NCBI GenBank assembly: GCA_001767075.1
Contig: MEKX01000013.1
Location: forward strand, 1-61,733
DNA length: 61,733 bases
Direction: 5' to 3'
Source: Acidobacteria bacterium RIFCSPLOWO2_12_FULL_54_10
GTDB lineage: Bacteria; Acidobacteriota; Terriglobia; 2-12-FULL-54-10
Shown here piece after piece: positions 9,029 to 18,152 of this stretch. The position numbers and the translations under genes were made by a program. A model generated the notes under the pieces. That model did not search any database and was not told the origin of the DNA. It saw only the letters and a list, made by a program, of their open reading frames with translations. Positions within the stretch are counted from its first letter, which is position 1. Every line of letters begins with the position of its first letter.

Positions 9029-9712
9029 TTGGCGATTCAGTTGATATCCGAAATGGCATGCAGCAAAACAACGCTCGTTCCTGAATCGGAACCCATGCAG
9101 GCGGGTTGGGGGAAGCGCGTACATGCCTGGTGCCTGGGCCATTGTGCCGGCAAATACGAGCGATGGGTCGCGGATCGAAAGCGCGCTCTTTTTACTGGAT
9201 TGCATGGAAATATTATTGAAATTGGTCCGGGCGCTGGGCCGAATTTGAAATTCATGCCGAGCGACAGTCGTTGGATCGGCATTGAGCCGAATCCCTTTAT
9301 GCACCCCTACCTCAAGAAAGCAGCGGCGGAGCTGGCATTGAAAATTGAGATTCGCGCGGTAACTGCCGAGCGGCTCCCCGCGGACAATGCGAGCGCAGAT
9401 GCTGTGGTCAGCACTTTGGTATTGTGTTCGGTGACTGATCCAGCGGCTACTCTCAAAGAAATTTTGCGCGTGTTAAAACCCGGCGGGCGCTTTTTATTTA
9501 TGGAACATGTAGCGGCTCCGGAAGGCACGCTGTTGCGGCGCATTCAACGCCTGATCCGGCCCTTGTGGAAACGAATCGCTGATGGCTGCCACACCGACCG
9601 CGAGACTTGGTCCACGATTCAAGCGGCTGGATTTAGAGAGGTGAATATCGATCATTTCCGTGTCCCTATGGGGCCTGTGGCGACACAAATATCCGGCTAC
9701 GCGGTCAAATGA
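9029..9712 (+). CDS. class I SAM-dependent methyltransferase (start codon uncertain; ATG candidates at 9053/9092)
   Basis: SAM-binding motif I IIEIGPGAGPN plus the later VLKPGGRFLFMEH. Located between hisF and hisA. Confidence 0.7.
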   Translation: MAIQLISEMACSKTTLVPESEPMQAGWGKRVHAWCLGHCAGKYERWVADRKRALFTGLHGNIIEIGPGAGPNLKFMPSDSRWIGIEPNPFMHPYLKKAAAELALKIEIRAVTAERLPADNASADAVVSTLVLCSVTDPAATLKEILRVLKPGGRFLFMEHVAAPEGTLLRRIQRLIRPLWKRIADGCHTDRETWSTIQAAGFREVNIDHFRVPMGPVATQISGYAVK

Positions 9713-9739
9713 TCTCAATGGATCGAGGATAATAGAATA

Positions 9740-10429
9740 ATGATTGTTCCCTGCATTGATTTGATGGGCGGCACCGCCGTGCAGTTGGTGCGCGGTCGGA
9801 AGAAGGCTCTTGAAGCCGATCCGTTCGAAATGCTCAGGAAATTTAAGGGCTTCCCTGTCATCCATATTATCGATCTCGACGCCGCCATTGGCACGGGCAA
9901 CAATGACAAACTCGTGAAGCAAATCTGCCGCAAAGCGCCGTGCCGCGTGGGCGGAGGAGTGCGCAGTGTGGAGCGCGTCCGCGATCTCGTGGAACTGGGA
10001 GCAAAGCAAATCATCATTGGCACTGCGGCCTTCAGCGATGGCATGATAAACCACAAATTTTTAAGGGCAGCGCGCCGTGCAGCAAGCAAAAAGCGCATCA
10101 TCATCGCTCTGGACACCAGCAAAGGGAAGATCGTCGTGAAAGGGTGGCGCACTCGTACCAAGCTCCGCGCCCAGGATGTGATGCCGGAACTGGAGCCTTA
10201 TTGTGTGGGGTTTCTGTGCACTTATGTAGACAAAGAAGGCATGATGCAAGGCACGAACTTGCGCTGGTTCCGCAGCCTTCGGCAGGTGACTCGGTTGCCG
10301 CTGATTGCCGCCGGAGGCATTACCACAAAGCAAGAGGTCGAGGCTCTGGCAAGGTTGAACATCGACGCTGCCGTTGGCATGGCAATCTATACAGGGAAGA
10401 TGGCCCTCGTACAGGATTGTTCCGCCTGA
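9740..10429 (+). CDS. hisA: ProFAR isomerase (HisA family, (beta/alpha)8 barrel)
   Basis: MIVPCIDLMGG..VQLVRG, IDLDAA, GGGVRS and AAGGITT, as in the HisA/HisF family. Confidence 0.85.
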   Translation: MIVPCIDLMGGTAVQLVRGRKKALEADPFEMLRKFKGFPVIHIIDLDAAIGTGNNDKLVKQICRKAPCRVGGGVRSVERVRDLVELGAKQIIIGTAAFSDGMINHKFLRAARRAASKKRIIIALDTSKGKIVVKGWRTRTKLRAQDVMPELEPYCVGFLCTYVDKEGMMQGTNLRWFRSLRQVTRLPLIAAGGITTKQEVEALARLNIDAAVGMAIYTGKMALVQDCSA

Positions 10430-10445
10430 ATGCGGAAGTGAGCCT

Positions 10446-11414
10446 ATGGAAATTCTGGACCTTCGGCTATTGCCGCCTGGCGATTTGAAGCCGTTGTTGG
10501 AGGAGGAAAATCACTTATGGCAGCAGAAGCTGCAATGGGATTTTTCGCCAACCGTTGTCTGGATGCTCCGCATGATGGAGATGAAGGCGCTGTCTGGTTA
10601 CGTTGCAGTCGAGCGCGGCCATGCCAGAGGCTATTCTTATTTCTTCGTGTCCGATCAATATGATGGCCGTTTTAAGGGATTGGTCGGCGGCGTTTTCGTC
10701 AGTGGGCAATCCAGCAATGGCGATACCGGAGATCGCCTGATCCTGCATACCCTGGAAACCCTTCAGGCAATGCCGGGTGTGCAGCGCATTGAAGCGCAGA
10801 TGCTCCTTTCGACCAGCGAGCAGATCAGGCAGCGATTCCGTTTACACGACTTTCGCAACTATCGCCGCAAATTTCTTTGCTTTCAATTGAATCAAGAGTC
10901 TGTAGCGTTGCCGGAGCTGCCTCCTGCGACGGCGATTGTTTCCTGGGAATCTCACCGGTTCGCCGAAGCTGCTGCTCTGATCAACCGTGCCTACCACGGC
11001 CATGTGGATAGCGAAATTAATGATCAGTACCGCTCCTTGCCGGGGATTTCACGCTTCCTGGAAAATATTGTTCAGCATAGCGGCTGCGGTGTTTTTCAGC
11101 CGGAATATTCCTTTTTCGCAATCTCCGATCAACAGAACGCACCCTGCGCGATGATTCTTACATCGAAGGTTCATGATCGTGTCGCTCACATCACGCAACT
11201 ATGCGTCGAACCGTCGTTCCATGGCAAAGGAATTGGCTCGTACCTGCTGGTACTGGTCTTGCAGAAATTGCGCCAAGAGGAATTTTCCGCCGTAACACTA
11301 ACCGTCACGGCAACCAACAACCATGCTCTAAACCTTTATAAGAAATTCCAGTTCAAAAATTTGACGGATTTCGACGCTTTTGTTTGGGAAGCTGGCGCTT
11401 CCGGTTCGCAATAA
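10446..11414 (+). CDS. GNAT-family N-acetyltransferase with an N-terminal extra domain
   Basis: C-terminal acetyl-CoA-binding pattern LCVEPSFHGKGIGSYLL...NNHALNLYKKFQF. The ATG at 10446 is chosen because the longer ORF overlaps hisA. Confidence 0.65.
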   Translation: MEILDLRLLPPGDLKPLLEEENHLWQQKLQWDFSPTVVWMLRMMEMKALSGYVAVERGHARGYSYFFVSDQYDGRFKGLVGGVFVSGQSSNGDTGDRLILHTLETLQAMPGVQRIEAQMLLSTSEQIRQRFRLHDFRNYRRKFLCFQLNQESVALPELPPATAIVSWESHRFAEAAALINRAYHGHVDSEINDQYRSLPGISRFLENIVQHSGCGVFQPEYSFFAISDQQNAPCAMILTSKVHDRVAHITQLCVEPSFHGKGIGSYLLVLVLQKLRQEEFSAVTLTVTATNNHALNLYKKFQFKNLTDFDAFVWEAGASGSQ

Positions 11415-11433
11415 TTCTTGTGGCAAAAGCAAT

Positions 11434-11793
11434 TTATTCGGCAGGTGGAGGCGGGGGTGGTATCTCAGTTGCATCCGGATTCAGCAACTGGTGAAGGTTC
11501 CACTTCAATTCCGCGGAAAGCTCTAGTATTTCAAGCCCCTCCTCGGCCATCAGTTTGCAGGACAGCACCTGAGGCAATGCCATACCGTCCGGTTTAATGG
11601 CGCTGACTCTGCAATACTGACATTCTTCGTTCCAGCAGTAGCGGCCATAGGGAATAGTGTCCGGAGCCAGGAACTGGAAACACCGCAACAGCATGTTATT
11701 TTCTGGAACGGCGAAGGGTTTCCCCTGAATGGTAATTTGAATTAGCTTCTCGTAGGGGCGATACAGGAGAATTTCGAAGCGGTCTTCGCTCAT
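11434..11793 (-). CDS. small Cys-rich protein, possibly a (2Fe-2S)-binding Fer2_4-like domain
   Basis: 119 aa. A beta-grasp-like start (IQITIQGKPFAVPEN) and the Cys pattern C-x14-C-x4-C-x2-C-x17-C. The proline-rich tail is PPPPPPAE. Confidence 0.4.
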   Translation of the reverse strand: MSEDRFEILLYRPYEKLIQITIQGKPFAVPENNMLLRCFQFLAPDTIPYGRYCWNEECQYCRVSAIKPDGMALPQVLSCKLMAEEGLEILELSAELKWNLHQLLNPDATEIPPPPPPAE

Positions 11794-11824
11794 GTCCAGA
11801 TTCTAGCATGGTGGAAACTTCTCC

Positions 11825-11854
11825 TTGACAGTTGGCTTACGCCCTGTCTATGAT
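11825..11854 (+). promoter_or_regulatory. sigma-70-like promoter of the SAM riboswitch transcript
   Basis: TTGACA (11825-11830), an 18-nt spacer, then TATGAT (11849-11854). Confidence 0.5.
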
Positions 11855-11875
11855 TTAACTTGATTCAGTTCCCTG

Positions 11876-11986
11876 AATCTTATCGAGAGTGGCTGAGGGA
11901 CAGGCCCTTTGAAGCCACGACAACCGGTTCCAGTTTAGGATAGGAATCGGTGCCAAATCCTGCCCCGTAAGGGGGGAGATGAGATT
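11876..11986 (+). promoter_or_regulatory. SAM-I (S-box) riboswitch aptamer
   Basis: Matches the S-box core: AATCTTATCGAGAG-GGCTGAGGGACAGGCCC-TTGAAGCC-CAACC...GGTGCCAAATCCTGCC...GAGATGAGATT. The P1 helix pairs 11876-11884 with 11978-11986. Confidence 0.85.
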
Positions 11987-12019
11987 GGGGAGGCGTTAAA
12001 GCTTTAGTTTTCTTTGACA

Positions 12020-12050
12020 CCTTTTCCCATCGGAAGAGGTTTTTATTTTT
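12020..12050 (+). terminator. riboswitch expression-platform terminator
   Basis: CCTTTTCC (12020-12027) pairs with GGAAGAGG (12032-12039), followed by TTTTTATTTTT. The RBS AGGAGG (12051-12056) follows immediately. Confidence 0.7.
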
Positions 12051-12061
12051 AGGAGGCCATT

Positions 12062-13315
12062 TTGTCGCTCGTAACAGGACTCCGATGCCGGGAATGCGGG
12101 AAAATGTATCCCGTGTCGCCTCGCGTAGTGTGCGATTGCCTCGCCCCGCTTGAAGCTGCTTATGATGTGGATGGGTGGAGAAAAGCGCTCAGCCGCGAAG
12201 TGATTGCTCGACGTGCTCCCACGCTGTGGCGATATCGAGAAATGCTGCCGCTGGACCACGAACCCGTCACCAGCCTGAATGTCGGTTTCACGCCGCTCGT
12301 CAAGGCGCAGCGGCTTGCCGCCGCTCTAGGCTGCAAGAGTTTGTGGATCAAAAATGATGCCGTCAATTGTCCTACGCTGTCTTTCAAGGACCGCGTGGTC
12401 GCCGTGGCCATCAACAAGGCAAAAGAATTCGGAATGGAGACGATTGCCTGCGCTTCTACGGGTAATCTGGCCAATGCCGTGGCTGCTCATGCGGCGGCTG
12501 CCGGCCTGGAAGCCTACGTTTTTATTCCAGACGATCTCGAAGAAGCCAAGATTTATGGCTCGGCGGTCTATGGCGCGCATCTGGTCAGGATTCGTGGCAA
12601 TTATGATGCCGTCAACCGCCTGTGCACGCAGATTGCCGGAGAATACGGTTGGGGTTTTGTCAACGTAAACCTGCGGGCGTTTTATTGCGAGGGATCTAAA
12701 ACTTTAGGCTTCGAAGTAGCCGAGCAATTAGGCTGGCGCATTCCGCCTGTGGTGGTTGTGCCTATTGCCAGTGGGTCACTTATTACACGAATCGGGAAGG
12801 CATTCTCGGAACTGGCCGAAGCGGGATTGCTGGAGCCAACTCCTTTCAAGCTGATTGGGGCGCAGGCTACCGGCTGCTCGCCAATTTCAGTGGCCGTGAA
12901 GCAAGGTGGCACTGCCATAGAACCGCAGCGGCCATCCACCATCGCCCGTTCTCTTGCCATTGGAAACCCTGCCGATGGGTACTATGCCGCCAAAGCGATT
13001 CTTGATAGCGGCGGGACGGCAGGAGATGTCTCCGACGAGGAGATTCGCGAAGGTATGAAGCTACTGGCCGAAACCGAGGGCATCTTCGGAGAGACCGCTG
13101 CCGGGGTCACTATTGCTGTGGCGCGCAAGCTGTTGCGCGAGGGCAAAATGAACCCGGACGAGGAAACCGTTCTGTGCGTTACAGGCAACGGCTTAAAGAC
13201 GCTGGATGCGCTGGTGGGCCACCTCGACATTGGGGTAACTATTCGGCCTCGGCTCGAAGAATTTGAGGCCCAGGTTTTGCGGACGGCTGGCTCACCTGCC
13301 ATTGCAGCGAACTAA
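12062..13315 (+). CDS. threonine-synthase-like PLP-dependent enzyme with an N-terminal zinc ribbon (candidate homocysteine-forming enzyme)
   Basis: TTG start 6 nt after AGGAGG. N-terminal CRECG...CDC ribbon, PLP-lysine motif PTLSFKDR, and the fold-type II pattern ASTGNLANA. Confidence 0.85.
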   Translation: MSLVTGLRCRECGKMYPVSPRVVCDCLAPLEAAYDVDGWRKALSREVIARRAPTLWRYREMLPLDHEPVTSLNVGFTPLVKAQRLAAALGCKSLWIKNDAVNCPTLSFKDRVVAVAINKAKEFGMETIACASTGNLANAVAAHAAAAGLEAYVFIPDDLEEAKIYGSAVYGAHLVRIRGNYDAVNRLCTQIAGEYGWGFVNVNLRAFYCEGSKTLGFEVAEQLGWRIPPVVVVPIASGSLITRIGKAFSELAEAGLLEPTPFKLIGAQATGCSPISVAVKQGGTAIEPQRPSTIARSLAIGNPADGYYAAKAILDSGGTAGDVSDEEIREGMKLLAETEGIFGETAAGVTIAVARKLLREGKMNPDEETVLCVTGNGLKTLDALVGHLDIGVTIRPRLEEFEAQVLRTAGSPAIAAN

Positions 13316-13350
13316 GAGTCGATCAGATTTCAGGGAAGGAATTTGCGCCT

Positions 13351-13626
13351 ATGCCCATACAAGTAAGGATACCCGCAGCCATTTCGAAGGGCAGCCACGG
13401 CAGCACGACGGTGGAGATGAAAGCGGCGAATCTAAGCGAATTGCTCACGGCGCTGGAGAGTATGTATCCAGGGGTCAGAAAAACGATCTGCGATGATGCT
13501 GGCAAGCTGAACCGCTTCATCAATGTTTTTGTCAACGACGAAGACATCCGATTCCTGGGCGGCGAGAAGTGTCAGTTCCAGGACGGCGATGAAGTTTTGC
13601 TGATTCCTTCCATCGCTGGCGGTTAG
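13351..13626 (+). CDS. MoaD/ThiS-family sulfur-carrier protein (C-terminal Gly-Gly)
   Basis: 91 aa, beta-grasp size, ends ...LLIPSIAGG-stop. Begins 36 nt downstream of the ThrC-like gene. Confidence 0.8.
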   Translation: MPIQVRIPAAISKGSHGSTTVEMKAANLSELLTALESMYPGVRKTICDDAGKLNRFINVFVNDEDIRFLGGEKCQFQDGDEVLLIPSIAGG

Positions 13627-13735
13627 CTGTCTCCCTTTTCATTTTTATAATCATTTTCTTGCACTTGCACGTGCCCCATGCGGTGGTGTACACATGGTTC
13701 GTCCCAATTCGCCGGGTGAGCAGGAGGAGGCCGCG

Positions 13736-14659
13736 ATGAGTTTGAAAATTGCCGTCATTGGCGCTGGCAATATCGGTGCGGCTTTGATCGGCGGAATATT
13801 GAAAAGCCATTTGGCCGATCCCAAAGACGTCGTGGCCACCGATGCCCGGGATGAGCGCCGCCGGGAACTCGCCGAGCAGTGGAAGATTCGTATGCTGCCC
13901 GCTGACAACCGCGAAGCCGCAGCGGGCCGCGATATTGTCATCTTGGCGGTCAAGCCAAACATTATTCCCGCAGTCCTCAATGATATTCGCGGAGTGCTAA
14001 AAAAGAACCAGATCGTAATTTCCGTCGCTGCCGGCGTGCCGATTTCTTTCATTGAGTCCGTGATCGGCAACAAAATCCCTCTCTTCCGCGCCATGCCCAA
14101 CATCCCCGTTGTGGTTGAAGAAGGGGCGACGGCCGTGGCGGGCAATCACGCAACCACGCCGGAGCAGCGCAAGTTGGTCGAGAAAATTTTCGGCGCTTTG
14201 GGAGCTGTTGTATTCGTGGAGGAAACGCACCTCGACGCTGTCACCGGCCTCTCTGGCAGCGGTCCCGCATATATCTACATGGTCATCGAAGCGCTGATTG
14301 ACGGCGGCAAAAAAATGGGACTTTCGCAGGAAGTCGCCACCAGATTGACCGAGCAGACCGTGCTCGGCGCGGCGAAATTAGTGCGCGATTCCAAGCTCCA
14401 TCCTGCCATTTTGCGAGATGAGGTGGTCACTCCCGGAGGAACCACCATCGCCGCCATGCATGAACTCGAAAAGCGCGGCCTGCGAGCCATGCTGATCAGC
14501 GCCGTCGAGACAGCTACGCTTCGGTCCAGGGAAATCGCCGCTCAGATCACGGAGAAATTCGCCGCTTCATCGCCGCCGGCAAATCCCACTATCCGCAAGT
14601 CCGTCCGCAAGTCGGCCCGCAAATCTGAAAAACAGCGCGCTTCCTCGCGCCGCCATTAA
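13736..14659 (+). CDS. proC: pyrroline-5-carboxylate reductase with a basic C-terminal tail
   Basis: The ATG after GGAGGAGG gives MSLKIAVIGAGNIGAAL (Rossmann fold). Also has SGSGPAY and TPGGTTI motifs. The tail is IRKSVRKSARKSEKQRASSRRH. Confidence 0.9.
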   Translation: MSLKIAVIGAGNIGAALIGGILKSHLADPKDVVATDARDERRRELAEQWKIRMLPADNREAAAGRDIVILAVKPNIIPAVLNDIRGVLKKNQIVISVAAGVPISFIESVIGNKIPLFRAMPNIPVVVEEGATAVAGNHATTPEQRKLVEKIFGALGAVVFVEETHLDAVTGLSGSGPAYIYMVIEALIDGGKKMGLSQEVATRLTEQTVLGAAKLVRDSKLHPAILRDEVVTPGGTTIAAMHELEKRGLRAMLISAVETATLRSREIAAQITEKFAASSPPANPTIRKSVRKSARKSEKQRASSRRH

Positions 14660-14733
14660 ATGCTACAGCCTCCTTTCGCTTCCTTCCAGCGTTACACTTG
14701 GCTGTGTTACGATGATCGGAAGAGCATGGTCTT

Positions 14734-14809
<76 letters not shown>

Positions 14810-15000
14810 AGTGCTGCTAATTTCATGACCTTCATCGCGCATCCCGCGTCACTTGTTTCACATCCCATTCCAGCGATTTGTTTCCAGCGAATAGCTGGCT
14901 GCACTACGCGCAGTCTGCAATTCATGTTATTTTGAGCGAAGAATAGGACTATGATAAAAACTTGCACCATCATTAAGCTAATCCTTCAAGGAGAACATGA

Positions 15001-15537
15001 ATGACTTCCTACGGAGCCAAAGAACTGGCCGAGAGTTCCCGGACGGTTCGCAAGAACACTATCCAAATCGCCGAAGATATCCCCGAGGACAAATACGGTT
15101 TCAGCGCCGCGCCCGATACGCGCACCGTGGCGCAACTGCTGGCGCATATCGCGTTTGGGAACGGTTTCCAGCGACAGATTCATGCCGTGGAACGCCGCAC
15201 GACTTTGGATGGCATCGATTTTCCTGGCATGCTCCAAAAACTTTGGGCGGAGGAAAAGAAGTCCAGGAACAAAGCTGAAATTATTAAAGTTCTTCACAGC
15301 ACGGGCGAGGATTGGGCAGCTTGGCTCGATAGTCTTTCCAATGAGTTTCTAGCGGAGCGAGTCCAGATGCCGCACGGCTCCACGGCTACCAAGAGCCGCC
15401 TGGAAATGCTTCTCTCCGTCAAAGAGCATGAAATGCATCACCGCGCTCAATTGATGCTCATCGAGCGGATGATCGGCATCGTGCCGCACTTGACGCGAGA
15501 GATGCAGGCCCGCATGGCGCCAGCGGCGAAGGCATAA
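15001..15537 (+). CDS. DinB-family (four-helix-bundle, metal-binding) protein; not the DinB polymerase
   Basis: AAGGAG lies 7 nt upstream. His triad context: LAHIA...HEMHHRAQL. Confidence 0.75.
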   Translation: MTSYGAKELAESSRTVRKNTIQIAEDIPEDKYGFSAAPDTRTVAQLLAHIAFGNGFQRQIHAVERRTTLDGIDFPGMLQKLWAEEKKSRNKAEIIKVLHSTGEDWAAWLDSLSNEFLAERVQMPHGSTATKSRLEMLLSVKEHEMHHRAQLMLIERMIGIVPHLTREMQARMAPAAKA

Positions 15538-15555
15538 CCTGTTATTTTTTGTGCC

Positions 15556-16965
15556 TTACCGCAGTAGCAAATAGTAAATCATTCCCAGCGTCGCGCTTCC
15601 TGCCAGCGTGGGCAGCATTCCTGTTTTGTATCTAAACATGGACACCACGGCTGCTATGGTGAGAACTACAGCAGCGATATTTATGGTATGCCATGACGGC
15701 CAGAATATTCGTAATCCAAAACTGTGGATTTCGCTTACTTGTCCGAACATGGTATGCAGCGCGAACCACACCGCAAGGTTCAGCACCACGCCGACAACGG
15801 CTGCCGTGATCGCGCTCATCGCGCCGTTCAGCGAGCGCTTGCTGCGCAGGGATTCAATGTAGGGGGCGCCAAGGAAGATCCACAGAAAACAAGGAACAAA
15901 CGTTACCCAGGTGGTCACGATTGCCGCCAAAGTTCCCGCAGCCATGGGGTGCAACCCGCCCGGATTTCGGTAGGCTCCCAGAAACCCCACGAATTCCAAA
16001 ACCATGATGAGCGGGCCGGGCGTGGTCTCCGCCATGCCCAGTCCGTCCAGCATCTCCCCGGGCGCAAGCCAACGGAAGTTTTCCACCGCTTGTTGCGCCA
16101 CGTAGGCCAGCACGGAATAGGCTCCGCCGAACGTGACCACCGCCACTTTGCTGAAGAACAAGCCCTGCTGCACGAAAGTTGAATCGCTTCCAAAATATAA
16201 GGAAAGCAGAAGCAGCGGCCCGAACCACAGCAGCAGGCATATCGCCAGAATGCGCAGCGCTCGTGCCAGAGATGGTTTGGTGTGTGTCAGCGGAAGGTTA
16301 TCGATCAGCGCGTCAGATTGCTCCTGCTCATGATTCGTATTCGCAGTGTTCTTATTGAAAAGAAATTTCCCTTGCCAGTATTTTCCGCCGAGGAAACCCA
16401 CAGTGCCAGCGCACAGAATAATCAACGGGAAGGGAAGCTCCAGAAAATAAATTCCAATGAATGATCCGCAGGCCAGCGCAATCATAAGATTGTTTTTGAG
16501 CGCCCTCTTGCCGATGCGCATGGAGGCTTCCAGCACCACCGCCAGCACGGCAGGCTTCAGGCCAAAAAACAAAGCCTGCACAGCCGTCAGGTTGTGATAC
16601 CCCGCGTAGAGAATACTCAGCACAAGGATGGCGGCAAAGCCAGGCAGGACAAACAGTGTTCCCGCGATCAATCCGCCGAGTGTGCGGTGGAGGAGCCATC
16701 CGATATAGGTCGCCAGTTGCTGCGCCTCCGGACCGGGGAGCAACATGCAATAGTTCAAGGCATGAAGGAAACGGTGCTCACTGATCCATTTCTTTTCCTC
16801 CACCAGAATGCGGTGCATCACCGCAATCTGCCCGGTAGGTCCGCCGAAACTCAGCGCCGCCACGCGCAGCCACACCCGTACGGCCACGCGCAGCGGCAGC
16901 TCTGCGATCACTAATTCTGAATCATGCGCAGCCGCCTTGCTGTTGCCTTGGGCGGATGGTTTCAT
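15556..16965 (-). CDS. chrA: chromate ion transporter (CHR family, duplicated domain)
   Basis: FGGPTGQIAVMH...LLPGPEAQQLATYIG, and a second repeat FGGAYSVLAYV...TTPGPLIM. The ATG at 16965 is chosen because the longer ORF would overlap msrB. Confidence 0.85.
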   Translation of the reverse strand: MKPSAQGNSKAAAHDSELVIAELPLRVAVRVWLRVAALSFGGPTGQIAVMHRILVEEKKWISEHRFLHALNYCMLLPGPEAQQLATYIGWLLHRTLGGLIAGTLFVLPGFAAILVLSILYAGYHNLTAVQALFFGLKPAVLAVVLEASMRIGKRALKNNLMIALACGSFIGIYFLELPFPLIILCAGTVGFLGGKYWQGKFLFNKNTANTNHEQEQSDALIDNLPLTHTKPSLARALRILAICLLLWFGPLLLLSLYFGSDSTFVQQGLFFSKVAVVTFGGAYSVLAYVAQQAVENFRWLAPGEMLDGLGMAETTPGPLIMVLEFVGFLGAYRNPGGLHPMAAGTLAAIVTTWVTFVPCFLWIFLGAPYIESLRSKRSLNGAMSAITAAVVGVVLNLAVWFALHTMFGQVSEIHSFGLRIFWPSWHTINIAAVVLTIAAVVSMFRYKTGMLPTLAGSATLGMIYYLLLR

Positions 16966-16972
16966 CGGATGA

Positions 16973-17380
16973 TTACGTCCGAGGTTTTTTCCTTTGAAAA
17001 TCGAGCGACGTCGAATTGATGCAATAGCGCAATCCGGTCGGTCGCGGGCCGTCCGGAAAAACATGCCCGAGATGCGCTCCACATTGATTGCACATGACCT
17101 CGGTGCGGGCCATCCCGTGACTCTGGTCCGTTTCCGTTAGGACGTTTTCTTTAGCTGCCGGGGCGCAAAAACTCGGCCAGCCGGTTCCAGAGTCAAATTT
17201 TTCATCCGACCGGAAGAGTTCATTTCCGCAGCAAACGCAGCGGTAGACGCCATCTTCGTAAGATTTGTTGTATTGGCCCGTGAAGGGCGGCTCAGTCCCT
17301 TTTTCCCGCGTTATGTGGTATTGCTGCGGGGTCAATTCCTTGCGCCATTCCTGTTCGCTCTTCTTGATCTTGTCCGCCAT
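16973..17380 (-). CDS. msrB: peptide-methionine (R)-S-oxide reductase
   Basis: Zn-binding CxxC pairs (CVCCGNELF, CNQCGAHLGHVF) and the catalytic Cys in RYCINS. Confidence 0.95.
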   Translation of the reverse strand: MADKIKKSEQEWRKELTPQQYHITREKGTEPPFTGQYNKSYEDGVYRCVCCGNELFRSDEKFDSGTGWPSFCAPAAKENVLTETDQSHGMARTEVMCNQCGAHLGHVFPDGPRPTGLRYCINSTSLDFQRKKPRT

Positions 17381-17502
17381 TTTTCCTCCTGATGATTCAC
17401 GGGAATTTCCCTCAAGTATACAGGAGTAAATTTTCTAAAGCTTGCCAGGCGTGCCTGGATTCCCGTAGAATACGCTCATCAGTTAAATAAGGAGCCGCAA
17501 CC

Positions 17503-18084
17503 GTGAAGCAGCAAAACAATAGGATTCAGAATGATCCAGCGGAAGGCCGCTTAGCCCTTTGGATGACTACAATGGGTGCGCTGGCGCGTCTGATTCCTCA
17601 TCCAGCGAATTTCACCCCGGTGGGAAGCTTGAGCTTGTTTGCAGGTTCGCGTCTGGCGGGCTGGCAAGCTTATTTTATTCCGCTTCTGTTGATGGCCGTC
17701 ACCGATCCGATCATTGGTTATGCTTACGGTTTTGCAGCCTACAGCGCCACGACTCCATTTATTTACGCGAGTTTTCTTGTCAATGTATGGATCGGCCAGC
17801 GCCTGCTTCGCAATGTGAATTTTCTCCGGCTGGGTTCCGTGGTCATGCTCGCGAGCCTTCAGTTCTTTCTGCTGACCAACGCAGGAGTCTGGCTCACTAG
17901 CGGCATGTATCCGCAATCGATTTCTGGTTTGCTGGCTTGTTACGCTGCCGCAATTCCCTTTTACGGCCGCACTCTTGCCGGTGACCTCCTGTTTGCAGCC
18001 GCATTCTTCGGATTGTATGCGATGGCAAGACGCATGGCTCGCCCGGCAGTTGCTGAACTTGCCGAGACAAGTGCCAGCTCTTAG
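17503..18084 (+). CDS. conserved polytopic membrane protein of unknown function
   Basis: 193 aa with 5-6 hydrophobic segments. The N-terminal motif is RLIPHPANFTPVGSLSLFAG. GTG start. Confidence 0.5.
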   Translation: MKQQNNRIQNDPAEGRLALWMTTMGALARLIPHPANFTPVGSLSLFAGSRLAGWQAYFIPLLLMAVTDPIIGYAYGFAAYSATTPFIYASFLVNVWIGQRLLRNVNFLRLGSVVMLASLQFFLLTNAGVWLTSGMYPQSISGLLACYAAAIPFYGRTLAGDLLFAAAFFGLYAMARRMARPAVAELAETSASS

Positions 18085-18152
18085 CTGCCCTATATAATAC
18101 GTATCAAAAATAGATGCGCCCCTCATTGCTAATTACGTAGCAAGCAGCAGCT

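Noticed and set aside
9940-10488. A 182-aa Arg/His-rich ORF overlapping hisA, plus antisense ORFs 9494..10054 and 9715..10161.
   Set aside because: They are shadow ORFs inside a gene with strong HisA motifs, and their composition is typical of out-of-frame GC-rich coding sequence.
13651-14145. Long antisense or alternative-frame ORFs opposite well-supported genes. Examples are 13651..14145, 17551..18126, 24530..25189, 28553..29230, 33350..34024, 34590..35153, 48136..48588, 56298..57243 and 60280..60935.
   Set aside because: Each overlaps a gene with clear family motifs on the other strand or frame, and none has recognisable motifs of its own. Such ORFs are common in moderately GC-rich DNA.
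14584-14640. Three imperfect 12-nt tandem units (CGCAAGTCCGTC / CGCAAGTCGGCC / CGCAAATCTGAA) at the 3' end of proC.
   Set aside because: They simply encode the basic tail RKSVRKSARKSE. The tract is too short and degenerate to call a functional repeat or contingency locus.
16965-16973. The tight msrB-chrA junction (7-nt gap), considered as an unusual functional coupling of methionine sulfoxide repair and chromate or oxyanion transport.
   Set aside because: Co-transcription is likely, but adjacency alone does not support a functional claim, and there is nothing else distinctive in the sequence.
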